Shown: in pieces, positions 39,908 to 52,961 of the stretch | Numbering within the stretch: the first letter of the stretch is position 1 | Layout of the letters: each line of letters starts with the position of its first letter | Assembly (NCBI GenBank): GCA_051047955.1 | Contig: JBPGPT010000007.1 | Location: 496,001-560,000, forward strand | Origin: Cystobasidiomycetes sp. EMM_F5 | Lineage: Eukaryota | DNA: 64,000 nt | Direction: 5' to 3' | The notes under the pieces: model-generated | The model's input: the letters and a program-made list of their open reading frames with translations, nothing else | Databases searched by the model: none | Told to the model about the DNA's origin: nothing | Translations under genes and position numbers: made by a program

Positions 39908-40465
39908 CTAGCGTGCAAATGAGTAAGATGCCAGCATATCGGTCTTTAGAATGTTACTGTAGCTGACAGTCGGCTGGCCACCTCCAATCATGCGACGGTT
40001 CGGTCTCGAATACGTTGCTTTCACCACGTTGTACTGCCTCAAATGAGCCAAAATAGGTTTGCCCGTGATGATGGACCTGAGGTTATTTGTACCTGTTACC
40101 ATACTCTCCAAAGTTGTTCGTGCTCCTTGTATTGCGTGTATTTTCACGTCGAGTGGTGCCTCCATCGTCTGAGGCACGGAGCGTTGAAAGACGTTTCGAG
40201 CAGGGGGAATAAGCCTGAGCGTAGCTTTAGGCGTCCAATTTCCGTTCGCGTCTACAGCATTGTTTAGTCCAACATATTCATAGTATCGATATTTCTTGGA
40301 ACCGCGGTCGGAAGCTTGGCTCGATTCCGTTACTACAGGAGTACCGGATAATGTATGGTGCAAAGATCGGCTGGACGTGCCACTGTCGACGGAGGCTCGC
40401 GACGGGGCTACGTTACTGGAGACGGAAGTACGCGGTGTCTGAGCTCCTGCAGGGGTTGTGGCCAT
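39908..40465 (-). CDS. Orphan gene family member 5 (intronless)
   Basis: KKYRYYEY..LRLIPP..NVVKATYSRPNRR..GGGQPTVSYSNILKTDMLASYSFA. Confidence 0.75.
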   Translation of the reverse strand: MATTPAGAQTPRTSVSSNVAPSRASVDSGTSSRSLHHTLSGTPVVTESSQASDRGSKKYRYYEYVGLNNAVDANGNWTPKATLRLIPPARNVFQRSVPQTMEAPLDVKIHAIQGARTTLESMVTGTNNLRSIITGKPILAHLRQYNVVKATYSRPNRRMIGGGQPTVSYSNILKTDMLASYSFAR

Positions 40466-41171
40466 TGTAGATGGATCAATCAGAAATAGCGAAGGATGTG
40501 ATAGAGTTGAATTGATGCGGGCAGCAAGAGGTTTTGGTAATTGAGATGAAGAAGAGAGAGGCACCTGAAACACCAACCCACTTCTATTGCGCCATCATGC
40601 CAAAACGGAGCCGGGCCGCCGTTGCGTATGACTGTGAGCTTCGCCATGACACTGCCGTCACCGGAAGTCGCGCCAGGGCTGAGCACGCCAAGATGCTGGG
40701 TGTTTGAAGGTCGCTGTGTAATTCCACTGCTTGCAGTTCTATGGCAGCAGCATTCGACTGATGTCGTACCATTTGCAGATCCATCTGCGAGGTTTTTCTC
40801 CCTGGCAGGGACAGCCGAATTCCTGCCTGTGCGCGTCAGATGTCATACAGACTTGCTGGAGCTTTAAATCTCTGTGATGCATTTCAGTCCGCAGAGTGGC
40901 CTCGAAATCGCCGGTTGATGACTCTCAAAGACAAGCGACCAGTACCAGCTGCGTTTCTTCTTGAGTACGGCCCACGCAATGTATGTGGAGTTGTACCACA
41001 TGATACCTTTAGGCTGATGCTCAATTAGGGTGAATACATGAGATTGCGTTCGAAGGACTTAACTCTGTGAGCTAGAAGAACGTCTGTCTTACACACTGTT
41101 AGCAATATAAAGCACCGCCTAGAGCATGAAGCGACATGATGGGATGCAGCGTTATCATGATCTACGATATG

Positions 41172-41570
41172 CTATACCGATGTTTTGTGTATCAGCTGAA
41201 ACGTTTGAAGCTGGTTGGGCGCTACATGACGGCGGAGGTGTTTGCAGTAGTAAGAGGTCGTCACACGGACTTTATAGAGTTTGCCGAATTGTGCATTTGT
41301 ACGTCTGACAGCTTCCGATTCAGATTGACCAGATCTGGTAAACCCATCAAGGAGTTGACGGTACACCTGTGCAGCGCTTCTGTGATCTATGGTCGTCCTC
41401 GACAAGCTAATTGGTCGAGGCACTGCAGGGTCTGACGTTTGTAGCTTGATCCAAGAGTCTGCTTCGCCAGACTCGATAGACTCGATTTCGTAGTCTCTGT
41501 ATTTGGGAAAGATGACTTGTCCTGAGCCTGGCATGTTAGCGCGTCGTTGTCTGAATTTGAGGCAATTCAT
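41172..41570 (-). CDS. Probable divergent orphan family member 6
   Basis: PKYRDYEI..KVRVTTSY..QTFQLIHKTSV in the same order as family motifs; tandem and co-oriented with members 3-5. Confidence 0.4.
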   Translation of the reverse strand: MNCLKFRQRRANMPGSGQVIFPKYRDYEIESIESGEADSWIKLQTSDPAVPRPISLSRTTIDHRSAAQVYRQLLDGFTRSGQSESEAVRRTNAQFGKLYKVRVTTSYYCKHLRRHVAPNQLQTFQLIHKTSV

Positions 41571-41960
41571 TATCTTTGAGGAGATTGTAAATCAGTGATG
41601 TATAAGAGATGAGGCGAGAGGTGCAGGTAGACGCTGTCATGAGGCATCGACGTGCGAGGTCAAGTGAGGCATCGCATTGACGAAGCACGGGCAATGTCGC
41701 GGCGGTGGAAGGGGGAACAGAGGGGACAGAGGGAGACGCATGACAAGAGTGTCGACGTTGCGAGGTGACATGGATCATTAGAATGAGTAATTTGGAGTTC
41801 AAGCTGTGAGCCATACGATCGCTGCGTACCAACCTGAATACTTCGAATTCTGAGTCACTACGACGCCGTTACTTGTTACTTAGAGGACCATCCCATGCTG
41901 CGACAGCGTCAAGCTACTCGGCAGTCAACGCCAGCATCGCGCCGAAGAGGTAATTAAACT

Positions 41961-44366
41961 ATGTCGGAGCATGAAGGCAGTCACGAGGGAGAGAAGCGGG
42001 AGGCTCATTCAGCAGCAATAGAAGCGGGAGATGGAGTAGCAGACCACGATGTGAAGGACGACGACCAATTCTCAGCGATACCATCAGAAGCAGCACCCGT
42101 CGACAACGCGCAAATGGACGCGAATGAATCGCAAACAGACGCGAAAGCACGAGCGGACGACAAAGAAAGCGAGGAAATTGAGAGTACCCATCTTGACAGT
42201 GACAACGATGAATCAAAGTCATCCCAAACTTATAACGCGTCCGGAGAGCTTGAAAACGAGCACGAACAACCAACCCCAAACATTCCGCATGATACTGCTT
42301 TGCGCCCAACTTCACTACCAAGCCCCGAGACTCCTTCCAAGAATACTCATGCACTCACAGACGACGATGCACTGCTGAAACAGCAAGAAACACCAAGACT
42401 AAGCAGTCATGGCAGCTGGCGCGACTCTGTGGCGACAACATCTGCGCTCGACAGCGTTGCCCTGACGGATACGAGCAGTATTGCGTCTCCTCCTACCTCT
42501 CCTATCTCTGCATCAGACTTCTCCTTCGTTGCACTCGCGGGCGTTGTTGAGCAAGCGACGACGAATGGTCATAATGTACCCTCTCTGGCTCTGCCTGAAG
42601 ATGACACAGCAAGCAGATCAGAGCAGCCTAGCCCATCAGGCGTGAGCTCGCACGACTATGACTTTCTACGGCATCGCGCAGACTCGACGAGCGTCGCGAT
42701 GGCAGAACATCTGGCAAACGGGCAGAGGCGGAGTCAGATTGTCGACCAGGAGATACGCGCTAGCTTCAATAGGATGAAGGAAGATGCTCAGCACTATGCG
42801 TCCGAGCATGATGACAGTACAGTCAGTGCAAAGGACCTCGGAACTTCTAATGACTATGCGAACGGTATACAAGCCATCGATTGGGATTTGTGGGGCAATA
42901 TTATGAACGACTACGAGGGAATGGCAAGGAACAGTCGTAAGCTCAATCCTTGAGCCGTTCGTCAGTATTCCATCTAATTTCGCTGTTTTCGATAGCCCGC
43001 CAATTGTCCAAAGCGATACAAAACGGGATCCCGCCAGCGTTGAGAGGGATGATGTGGCAGCTCATGTCTGCGTCTAAGGATCCAGAACTAGAAACAGTAT
43101 ACTCGCAGCTGATGAAGCAAAATTCGCCGCACGAAAAGCAAATTGTGCGGGATCTCAATCGGACATTTCCGTCGCATGAATACTTCAAAACTGGATCAGG
43201 CGTCGGTCAAGGTAATCTCATGAACGTTGTCAAAGCCTACAGTCTGTATGACGAAGAAGTAGGATATTGCCAAGGCATGGCATTCGTGGTCGGGCCACTA
43301 CTGCTGAATGTGAGTGGACTTGCGCTAACAGGACTAGATAGCTGCTTACGTTCTCTCCGAATCAGATGCCAGACGAAGAAGCCTTCTGCGTTCTGGTTCG
43401 CCTTATGAAGTCTTACGATTTACGGTCGCAGTATCTGCCAGACATGCCAGGTTTACAACTCCGGCTATTCCAGTTTGACAGACTGCTTGAAGAGCTGTTA
43501 CCCGCTACTTTCCTTCATCTCCTTCGACAAGGCATCAAGTCCTCAATGTACGCCTCCCAATGGTTCTTGACACTCCTAGCATATCGCTTTCCCCTCGAAT
43601 TGGTCTGCTCTGTCTTTGATCTCATTTTCGCCGAAGGCGTTGAAGCAATCTTCAGGTTTGCTATAGCACTGATGAAGCGAAACGAAGCCCGGCTACTCGA
43701 GCTTGACTTCGAACATTTACTCGAGTTCCTCAAGAGTGGCTTGTTTGAGCACTACAAGGTGGTTTTATGCTACCGATCATGCAGTCTTAAGCCGAACTGA
43801 GATATCGGTCCGCCAGCTTGACCTCGAGAAGGAAGCTGGTGACGCTGACTCAGACACGTACTGCGCACGGACCTTCTTGCGGGAAGCCCTGTTTGTCAAA
43901 ATAACGCCCCTCATGTAAGTCACGCATCGCACACCTCGCACAGCTTCCCCCTGATACCACCAGCAGGCTCGATCAATTTGCCAATGAATGGACTGAGATG
44001 TGCCGACAGCAGACTGCGCAAAGTCGGGAGGTAGAGCAACTCCGCGAGATCAACAGAAAATTGTCAAATCAGGTCAGAGGACTAGAACATAGCTTAGCGC
44101 AGATCAATCAAGAACATTGCGATCTCGTCAAGCAGGTTGTACAGATCAGGCTAGACAAGGAAGAGCTCGAAGACGAGCTTGTCAAGTGCAAGATGGCTCT
44201 GGCGCAAGAGTCTTTGGTAGGTTTTGAAACAGATTGTTCGTCTCTTTCTGACTGTCGTATTCTGCAGTTGCGAGAGGAAGGAAGAGGATCAAGAGGATCA
44301 GTCTCTTCATTCGTCAGTTCGAGCAGTATGTTGAGCGGGCGTACAAACAGTGAAGGGGTGTCATGA
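41961..44366 (+). CDS. GYP5: TBC-domain Rab GAP (Gyp5/EVI5-like)
   Basis: IDWDLWG, GIPPALRGMMWQ, IVRDLNRTF (R finger), YCQG (Q finger), MYASQWFLT, C-terminal coiled coil. Confidence 0.88.
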
Positions 44367-44550
44367 ATATGTCTCTGCTCGTTCTGATGGATAGTGTGTA
44401 TCTGGGGTGTGTGCATAGCTGGCAGTCAAAAGTACGCAATTTTCTGTTGTCGCTACATGAGTACTACGCAAAACATTTCCTCCCTTTGTTCTGCTTTTCT
44501 TATGCATGTAATTGTCGAAGCCGCCATGCAGCAATCTCCAAAGCCACCAA

Positions 44551-46820
44551 TCACAAGCTCAGGCTTGACTTGCTCTTTTGCGACAAGAAGTTGATGACCT
44601 GTCGCAAGGTATCGAAATGCAGCTGAGGTAGGAGCCAACTCTGCTTTCTGAAGATGAAGGCCACCAGCAGGACTGCAAGAGCATACTTGAGACGCAATGT
44701 ACGGCTCAAGAATTTTTCCTCCTGGCCAGGTCTCGGGAAAGTGATCTGCTTGTTAATCACTTTGAATGTCGCTGCCTTCTTGTCGGTGTGAGGGTAGTAC
44801 CGAATTGCAAAAATCCAGTCGGCCCTGCTCGCAATATGCTTTAGCGCGTGGATCAGCTTGGCCCATCCGGCTTCCAGCTTACCAGAATGGGAATGAGATA
44901 GACGCCCGTTCGTGCGTAAATGTATCGAACGACTTCTTGCCATGATAAGAACCAGATCCTGATTCGCCGACACCGCCAAATGGTAATGCTCCTATTACGT
45001 TGTGCAGCAGCAATTCGTTGACGAGTACCGCTCCAGAGATAGTATTGTTGCGTATACGATCGACGAATGCTTGAGATTTGCTAAAGATGTATAATGCGAG
45101 GGGTGTTTTGCCTTGTAGCTTGTGCAAGATCTCATCGGTTGAATCGACTGGTACTATGGGTAAAATAGGGCCGAACAGTTCACTATGTTCATCTCGTCAG
45201 CGCTGTACAAATAGTACTCTACATGTGCTCGAGCTTACTCTTGCATGACCTCGTCATCCCAGCTGACGTCTTTGATAATTGTGATTCCCATGGTCTTGCT
45301 TGACAAGTCTTTCTGGCCGGTAACGACTGTGGTACCTTTGGTCTTTGACAATACCTTGTCCAACCGGTTCCAGTGGGCATAGCTGACAATGTGGGTGTAA
45401 TCCTCCTGCTTCAGATCGGCATTGGGGAAAAAGTCTTGGTGATAGCGTTGCAGATTGTCGACGAGAGCATCCTGCTTCGACCTTGGTACCAGGATGAAGT
45501 CCGGAGACAGACACACTATCGCACAAGCAGAGATGAGCCCAATCCGCATTAATGATGTACTACGTACCTTGGCCGGCATTGAATCGCTAAGTAGCCTCAT
45601 AAGCAGAGCACTATTGACGAGATTTGAAGTCTCTCTCACCTTGGCCCACATGATTCTTTTAGCGGCCGTAGCGAGGTCGTCCAGATCACCATCGATGATG
45701 ACTGGCGATTTCCCGCCGAGCTGATGTGGCACACAGTTCAGACCACCCTTTGTCGTCGATCTGAATGATAGTTTGTCGCACCTCTAACGTAACAGGAGAC
45801 AGCGTCTTTGCTGCCGCGCCCGCTATGAGCTTTGCGATACGTCCACTATACGTCGTGACGATGTACATTTAGGTTTATATACGTCCATCCATACTGTTAT
45901 TGCCTACCTTCCGGTGTAGAAGACGCTGGACGTATTTTTTGAGCATCCAATGTGGTAATATGTCATACAACAGCTACTCACTGTCCCCATGCTTCTTCCA
46001 GCAGCCGCGTTGTGACATCAGCTTCACCCAGCAGGACCTTGTAGCAGGAACCGTCAAGGTACTTTGGGATAGTCTCTGCCAAGAATGCCGCTGTCGCAGG
46101 TGCCACTTCCGATAGCTTGAGAATTGCAGGACACCTAAACAGATAAAATAATCAGCTTTCATTAGCATGGAAGTTTTCGCCATCTTCCAGACTGACCCTG
46201 CTGCGATTGCGCCAATCAGAGGCTGAAGAACAAGAGATACAGGGTAATTCCATGTGCCAATGATGAGTGCCACGCCTTTTGGCTCTTTGTAGATTGTGGG
46301 GGACATCAGCGCAAATTGTAAGCCGGCATTGACCTTCTCGGGCTGGTGAAGCGTAGTAATCGATGAAGCATGATCATCAGTATAAGTCTGATAGGCTGAG
46401 GCATCGGTACCGAGTACTCGCCTTTGTCCATTTTTCAAACTTTGCTTCAGTTTCGACAATGTCGTTGACGACGGTTGATATTTCCGCCTGTGACTCAGGA
46501 CAATATGAGCAAACAGCAGGCGTACGCATACGAATGCAGAAGTATGATATAGCCCACAATATACGACTCGTTCTTGCCTCGACCGAGGTCTTTATGGATG
46601 ACGTCTGCGAGTGGCCGTCTTTTGCATCAGACGGGCAACACAAGCAATTAGCAGTCATGGTCTCACCGTATATCTGATCCTCGTTATCTTTGACAAGATA
46701 GCCTAGGGAACGCAGCTGAGTTCTCCTCCATGTGACGCTCCTCGTCTTGCCAGAGTAGTACTCGGCTTTCACTCCGGCGACAATGTCGGGTATCGCTGAC
46801 AGAGGGGTGTAGCCAGCCAT
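44551..46820 (-). CDS. HFD1: ALDH3-family fatty aldehyde dehydrogenase
   Basis: [57 protein letters not shown]-terminal TM; many introns. Confidence 0.88.
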
Positions 46821-47201
46821 GATGCTTGAGATGATACAGCGATGGCAGCGGGTCGTATGGCTTGGACTTGGTTGCAGGCGGACGTCGAGATAGGCGACTT
46901 AAGACCTTTTCAACACCGCCAACCTTGAACACGTCGTGACATCTGTCAGCATTCTCAGGTGCACTCCAAAGTCGTTCAACCACATATTACACTGAGACGA
47001 TTTGAAAAAGAACAGGCGCGGGCTGCAATGCCTGATAACAGTATTGCTGCTTGCTTGTCGGAAGTCGCGAGGTCTTCGAACCACACGTGATCTGTTTGGT
47101 CCGGCTATCAGCGGTAAAGCAAAATAAGCCTTCATTACAAGAATATCGCAGCCCTCATTATGGTGTAGTTCTTTCTATCCATCAATTGCCCACTGAAAGC
47201 T

Positions 47202-48020
47202 ATGGCCTTTACTCGTCTGCCCGAAAGCGTCGACCCGTCTGATGGACTGAACAAACCAAAGGAGCCGAGAAGTGTTTTGCTTCTTCGAGGTGGGTTTGGA
47301 CATAAAACACCTTGGTTATTACAGGACTGAAGACCTGTACGATGTGATGCAGGCGCAGGTTTCAATATCATGAACGAAGTTGCAGAGGGGACTGCGAAAG
47401 CCGATATGACGGATATTCAGCTCGTCGAGGAGAGGGCTGGTGAACTGGCAGAGAAGCTGGGACTGAAGCTTTACGTAGCTCAGACAAATCATGAAGGTGA
47501 TTAGAGAGCTCTTAATGGAAAGTCAGAGCTAATCGGTACTAAAACCACGTAAATTCGCAGGCTACCTCATCAATCATATTCACGCTGCCCGTCAATATGG
47601 GGCCATCATCATGAGTCCCGGAGCGTAAGTAACTCACAGTATATATCCTGTTTATGAGCATGTTACTGACGCTTGTCCGCAGTTACTGTCATTGTGAGTG
47701 TCCTCGAGTCCATCGGTGGCGAGATTGTTACTGACGACGTCCTTCTTTCTCAGACGCTTACACACTATACGACGCCATCAACGTCGCCAAGGTGCCCTTC
47801 ATAGAAGTACACGTAACTAACATGTTCGTGAAGGGGGAAAAAAGGAAGAAAAGAAAGCTGACCTGGTCGATGCAGGTACGCCAAGGAATCGTTCCGCAAG
47901 TCGATATTCGCGCCTTTGACGAGCGGTTACATCGTTGGATGTGGGCCGGCAGGGTATCAGTATGCCATCCAGCGCGCGAACGACATCATCAACGAGAAGG
48001 AGAAGTCGGGATCGAAGTAA
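47202..48020 (+). CDS. Type II 3-dehydroquinate dehydratase-like protein (divergent)
   Basis: Spliced QTNHEGYLI, IIMSPGAYCH, DAI..VPFIEVHVTN..KESFRKS, GYIVGCGPAGY. Confidence 0.78.
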
Positions 48021-48787
48021 TGAGTCGGAAGGGATTAATATGAAATGTGACGATATGAGCAGACATACTCACGAGCCACCAGCTGCGGCGTACACAGTAA
48101 ATTATCTTCCAGACCTTGGACATGCCAGTCACGTGCTTACTGCCACTCGCGCCGTACCTGAATGCTAATTGCTTTGAAGCGTTGCGAATGATTGACAGCA
48201 GTCTAAGCGCTGTAACGAGCTTTTGAAGGCGGGGTATGTGCCATTGAATATTATTCTGCAATGGATCAAACAGCTATTCTAATACTGGCTGGCTGCCGAA
48301 ACTCTCAGTTTGCCCTTGACGTGCGTGACCAAATTCAAAGTTCCGCCGATGACTGGCAGAGTTGGCATCCTTGACGTTTGGACAATGTCGACTCTGCTGT
48401 AGCCATATCCCCCAACGCTGCCCCCGTATACCCAGTATACCATAGCCTGTCGACACTCCGACTGCGCTCAGGCCTGACGTGGTCGCAGATCCGGCATTCA
48501 TCCATCCATCCACGAGCCATTATTATAGTCGCAACCTGGCCAACTCTTATTCTTCAAAGATATCCCCCAACCCTCAACGCGCAAGATACCCCCAAACAGT
48601 CGTCGTAAAGTCTCAATCCAGCCTGCCAGTGTACGTGCTCGGGTCACCAAAAGTGCCCGCGGGGGGTTCTAAGGCGATCCATGCGTAACAGATGGCTGAT
48701 TGATGATTTGGACTCGTCCTCCAGCCACATCTCTGTGTACGTTGATAACCATCACATACTCGCACTCCCATCACCTCCTCACTCTTC

Positions 48788-51700
48788 ATGGACGTCTATA
48801 CCGTCTCGTTCAATTTACCGCATCATGCCGCGACTCAGGACCCCTTAGACACCTCGCTCAATTCGCCTAGCGATGCTCACCCTAGCCCTACTCGCCGACA
48901 GTCCGCAACCTCTCGAATTATCAAGACTGCCGGTAAACACTACTCTGCACCAGTCGCACCGCGCAAATCATCCCTCCTCAGCCGTCACATTGCCACATCG
49001 TCAGGCTTGAGCGCGTCCTCTTCTCTCGAGTCCTTTGTCATACCAGACATATCTCCAACAGGCTCTAATGCCACGGCAGTACCCACTCTCGGCAGTCTGG
49101 TCGCACGGCGGTCGACCTCTTCACTCGGAAGTATTCCACAGACCGCTACTGGACCGTCATCGTCAGCTGGAGATGCCGCATCCACTGCTCCATCGTCAAA
49201 TTATCCTCTTTCTACACAAGCTCTGGAAGCTGCTCAACGTACGAGCCATCTAGTTGCTGAACAGATTCGGCAGCTATGTGTTGAAGCTATGTCGACGTAT
49301 CATTGTATGGTCGCGTACCATCCGCTAGACGCAGGAAGAGGCTATAGCTTTCAAGTTTCTGGAGATTATCAACACGTCATGGGTGCTAGGGGACACATCA
49401 TCCGCGGCAGTCCATACAAGGTACGTAAATGCATTTCCACCCCTTCCCCGCAATACATTAACGCTCGACTTTGTTTACACCAGCGCAAGTCAGTCGTAAA
49501 GGTCCCTCGCTCAGAAGTGCTCGACATGAACGAGAACGTGCGACCCGAGATGCGGCAAAAATTGGATGATATCGCCTTCTTGACAAAGGCCCATCTTGCA
49601 ATCGTTGGACAAGTGAATGGAACGCTGGGCTTCGGGCTAGAGACGGAGAGGAGTGTCGAGATTGTCCTCACCGGCGGGTTTGAGAGCGTTGAACAAGCCA
49701 GAGTTCGACTGCTTGTATTGCTCGATGAGTTGGTGGGTACCTTTGACACATAAGGGAATCCTCGCGCAAGCTAATCATTCGATGAGGGCAGAGCGGTCTG
49801 CATTCAGATGTCTGCGAGGTAGACTACAAGCTGCACAACATGATCTGCGGTCGGAAGCGTTGCGTCTTACAAACGATACAAGAAGAAACTGCCACAAACA
49901 TATATTTTCCGACGCCTCTCTCCGGGATCATCGGCACGCGAGATGATATGCTGCTCAAAAAGCAGAATCTCATCTTTGTCACTGGCGAGTTCCTGAGTGT
50001 TCAGCGGGCTAAGGAAACGTTAATGCAGGTATCCTTCCACAAAGTGAGCTGCCGCCTCACGATCTGTAAGGACTTGAGCTGATAGGAGGCTCTATTTCTT
50101 CAGTCCAAGTGTATCATCTCGCGCGATGCGAACATGCTGCCCCGTAAACTCGACTGGCTGCTTACAGACCGTATAGAGGAGCTCAAGCAGATCATGTACG
50201 ACAACGGCACGTTCGTTACCCTGCCTGTCCTTGGATCGCAGAGCAGCGTCATCTCTGTTCTCGGTGATCAGAAAACAAGTATAGAACGCAGTTTGCGTAT
50301 GATCATGATCTTGGTATGTCATGTGCGATGTATCACTGCACCGCACTGATGGACCATACCGTATGTTTTAGGTTTGTCAATTCTATGTGTCGCAGATCTG
50401 GCTGTTGCCTATGACCTTCGATGGCTTCACGCCTGCGACGAGCCTCAATCCGTCGACTATGCCTGGCGTATTACGCTCACTGTCCTCATCATCGAATTGC
50501 GAAGCGGTATTCAAGGGTAACTGCTTCGAGTTTCACGGGACTGAAAGCGAAGTCCGCTCTGCGGTACAGATGGCGCTGGGACTGGATGTCGTTAAGCCTT
50601 TCCATCACGAAGTCCGCTTTCAGATCGAGTTGGCCAACGAACATCGCGAGTTCATATCGGGCAAGAAGAATGGCAAGATCAACAAGATAATGACTTCTGC
50701 TGGCGTCAAGTGGGTCTAGTTGGAAGTAGCATATTCCGCTTGCTGACGAGCACTTTCACGTACCAGGATCAAATTTGAGACATTCAATGCTTACAATTTC
50801 CTCATTGACCTGGCTGGCAATGGCGCAGCTGCATTGGATGGCTTAGCTCTCATGCAAGAAGAGTTGCCAGCCGAGGTCTCCTTTTACGTTCCAGAGCTGT
50901 ACCACAAGCGGATCATTGGCGTAGCTGGCAAGAATATCCAGCGCATCATGAAGAAGTATGCCGTCTATGTGAAATTTTCGAATGCAGAAGAGTTTGCTCG
51001 ACTAGGCGGGTATGCAGACAATGAAGACAACGTCATTGCACGGACGCCTACGAAGAATGTGGCGAGCTTAGAAGAGCTGAAGGCCGAAATCATGGAAACG
51101 GTCTTGCCGAAGGACAAGGACTATGTGAGAGAAATTGTGTCGGTACCGCGCAGATATCATCGTGTTCTCACAGAAAAGAGCATCCTGATTCACGGTCAGT
51201 ATCGTTATCTGTTGTAGTTGCGGTCACGGGGTTTACTGATATGATGAATGGTTACAGACATTGAAAGGAAAACAAATTCGATGGTACATTTTCCGACTCG
51301 TGAATCCGCATCTGATATGGTCACAATCTTTGGTCCCGAAAGCCAGGTTCATATCGCTGCAAGCATGCTCCTGGCCCATGTTCCTTTTGAAGCCGAGTAT
51401 CGCATACCGCACAGCGAGCGCATGTCGCGAATAGCTTCATCGCCCGAGTTTGCCGACATGCAGGAGCGCATGAAGCGCGATCATAACATTTTGGTGACAC
51501 CGTCGATTGACAGGACTGGCGCATGCCAAGAGACTATTATTCGCTTTACATTGAATCGCTCAAGTCAGCATTTCCTCCCTTCTGCTCGAGATGCCGTAGA
51601 AGACCTGCTATTATCACATGATATTCCACTCTATCCGGGTAGTCGTCGCCCTCGTAGTGATAGCTTCACGTCATCTCTTCCGTACTTTAATAGCAAGGTG

Positions 51701-52231
51701 CTGGCATCGGCTATTGGTAGGTCACACTGGGCGACAGGCTAGATCACAAAGCTGACGATTGCTCATACTGCAGATAATGATAGTTCCCAACAAGAAGTCC
51801 TGCAGACTAGGTCGCTTCGGTCGGGTAGCTCGTCGTCTGACATCAAGGCGATTTTTGAGGCCCCGCAATTGGCATCGCAAGGCCAGCCTCTCATGCCATC
51901 ATCGTCATCCCCAACTCTGCATTCGTCTCTCCCGATGGCCTGGCGAGCGTCAACGACTGCAATACCACACACTCCCTCCAACTTCAATCGCGCACCGCGA
52001 ATGTCTGAAGAGTCCGTTCTGCCCAATTACAAGAGGGACAGTGAACCTGTCATTTCGGTCGACAATCAGATTATGGAACTCATCAGGCAAGGAGCCCTGT
52101 CGCATCATCTCAACGCGCGTGCGCAGAGTCTGGACATGAGTCGCTTAGCCACTTCGTTTGAGAAAGGTGCTCCTCCCTCCCCAAATACTGTCAGCGCCAT
52201 CAGCGCGCACCTCGCGAAACTGAGTGTATAG
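48788..52231 (+). CDS. Multi-KH-domain RNA-binding protein (Mug60/YLL032C-like)
   Basis: Repeated KH GxxG loops (ICGRKR, ISGKKNGKINKI, IIGVAGKNIQRIMKKYAVYVKF); multi-exon. Confidence 0.8.
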
Positions 52232-52386
52232 GTTATCTAGCATATTCCTCTTGCCAAACCCACCATGTGTAGCCTATTTTATATTCTAGCCGGAAAATCA
52301 CACATTACGAGCACATATCGTATTGTATCACATAGAAAGCTGTTGACAGATTCAGATTGCAGGTGTGATTACTGAACTGTGTTGTC

Positions 52387-52961
52387 TCATTGCGTCTTGA
52401 CTTCGCCATCTGGTTCTGCCAGACAATACTTTGTTCAGCATCCGTGGCAGATAGAGACGGGTATCGGCAGCTCATCCTCACCGATGTAGGCAACAGCGTC
52501 GTTGCCTTGTAAGCTCTTCAGATGATCTTCTGGAATCTGTGCGCTAAAGCCCTGCAATCATCATTGCGTCAGACACGCAGATAGACCGTAATGGGCTGGG
52601 GGAGATAGGGTGTACATACCTTTAACGTATCGCCAAAGTGCTTATCGACCTTGCCTCCAGCATCTTCGATTTCTCTGTTGTTTCAGTGACATCACGGGGA
52701 TGTTTCAGCCGAGCAACAACGCCATTTACTACTACTGTTGCACAGGTCTCTCACTTTGCGTGTTTCTACAGTTGCGGTAGGTTAACTTCTGCGATATCGA
52801 TTAGGTTGTCTGTCTGTACTTGCCTTGTAGTCCGCTTCCGAAGCTTCGTCTTTGAAGACAACGATGTACGCTGCACGCAAGATGTCAGAATGTCAGTCCT
52901 TCAAAGCGCAAGCGGATTGATCAGTGTTGCACCAGCGAGGCATACAATTGTGTTGCGGCAT
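52387..52961 (-). CDS. Peptidase inhibitor I9 (subtilisin propeptide-like; absent from ORF track)
   Basis: Six spliced exons give MPQHNSYIVVFKDEASEADYKKHAKEIEDAGGKVDKHFGDTLKGFSAQIPEDHLKSLQGNDAVAYIEPDGEVKTQ. Confidence 0.85.
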
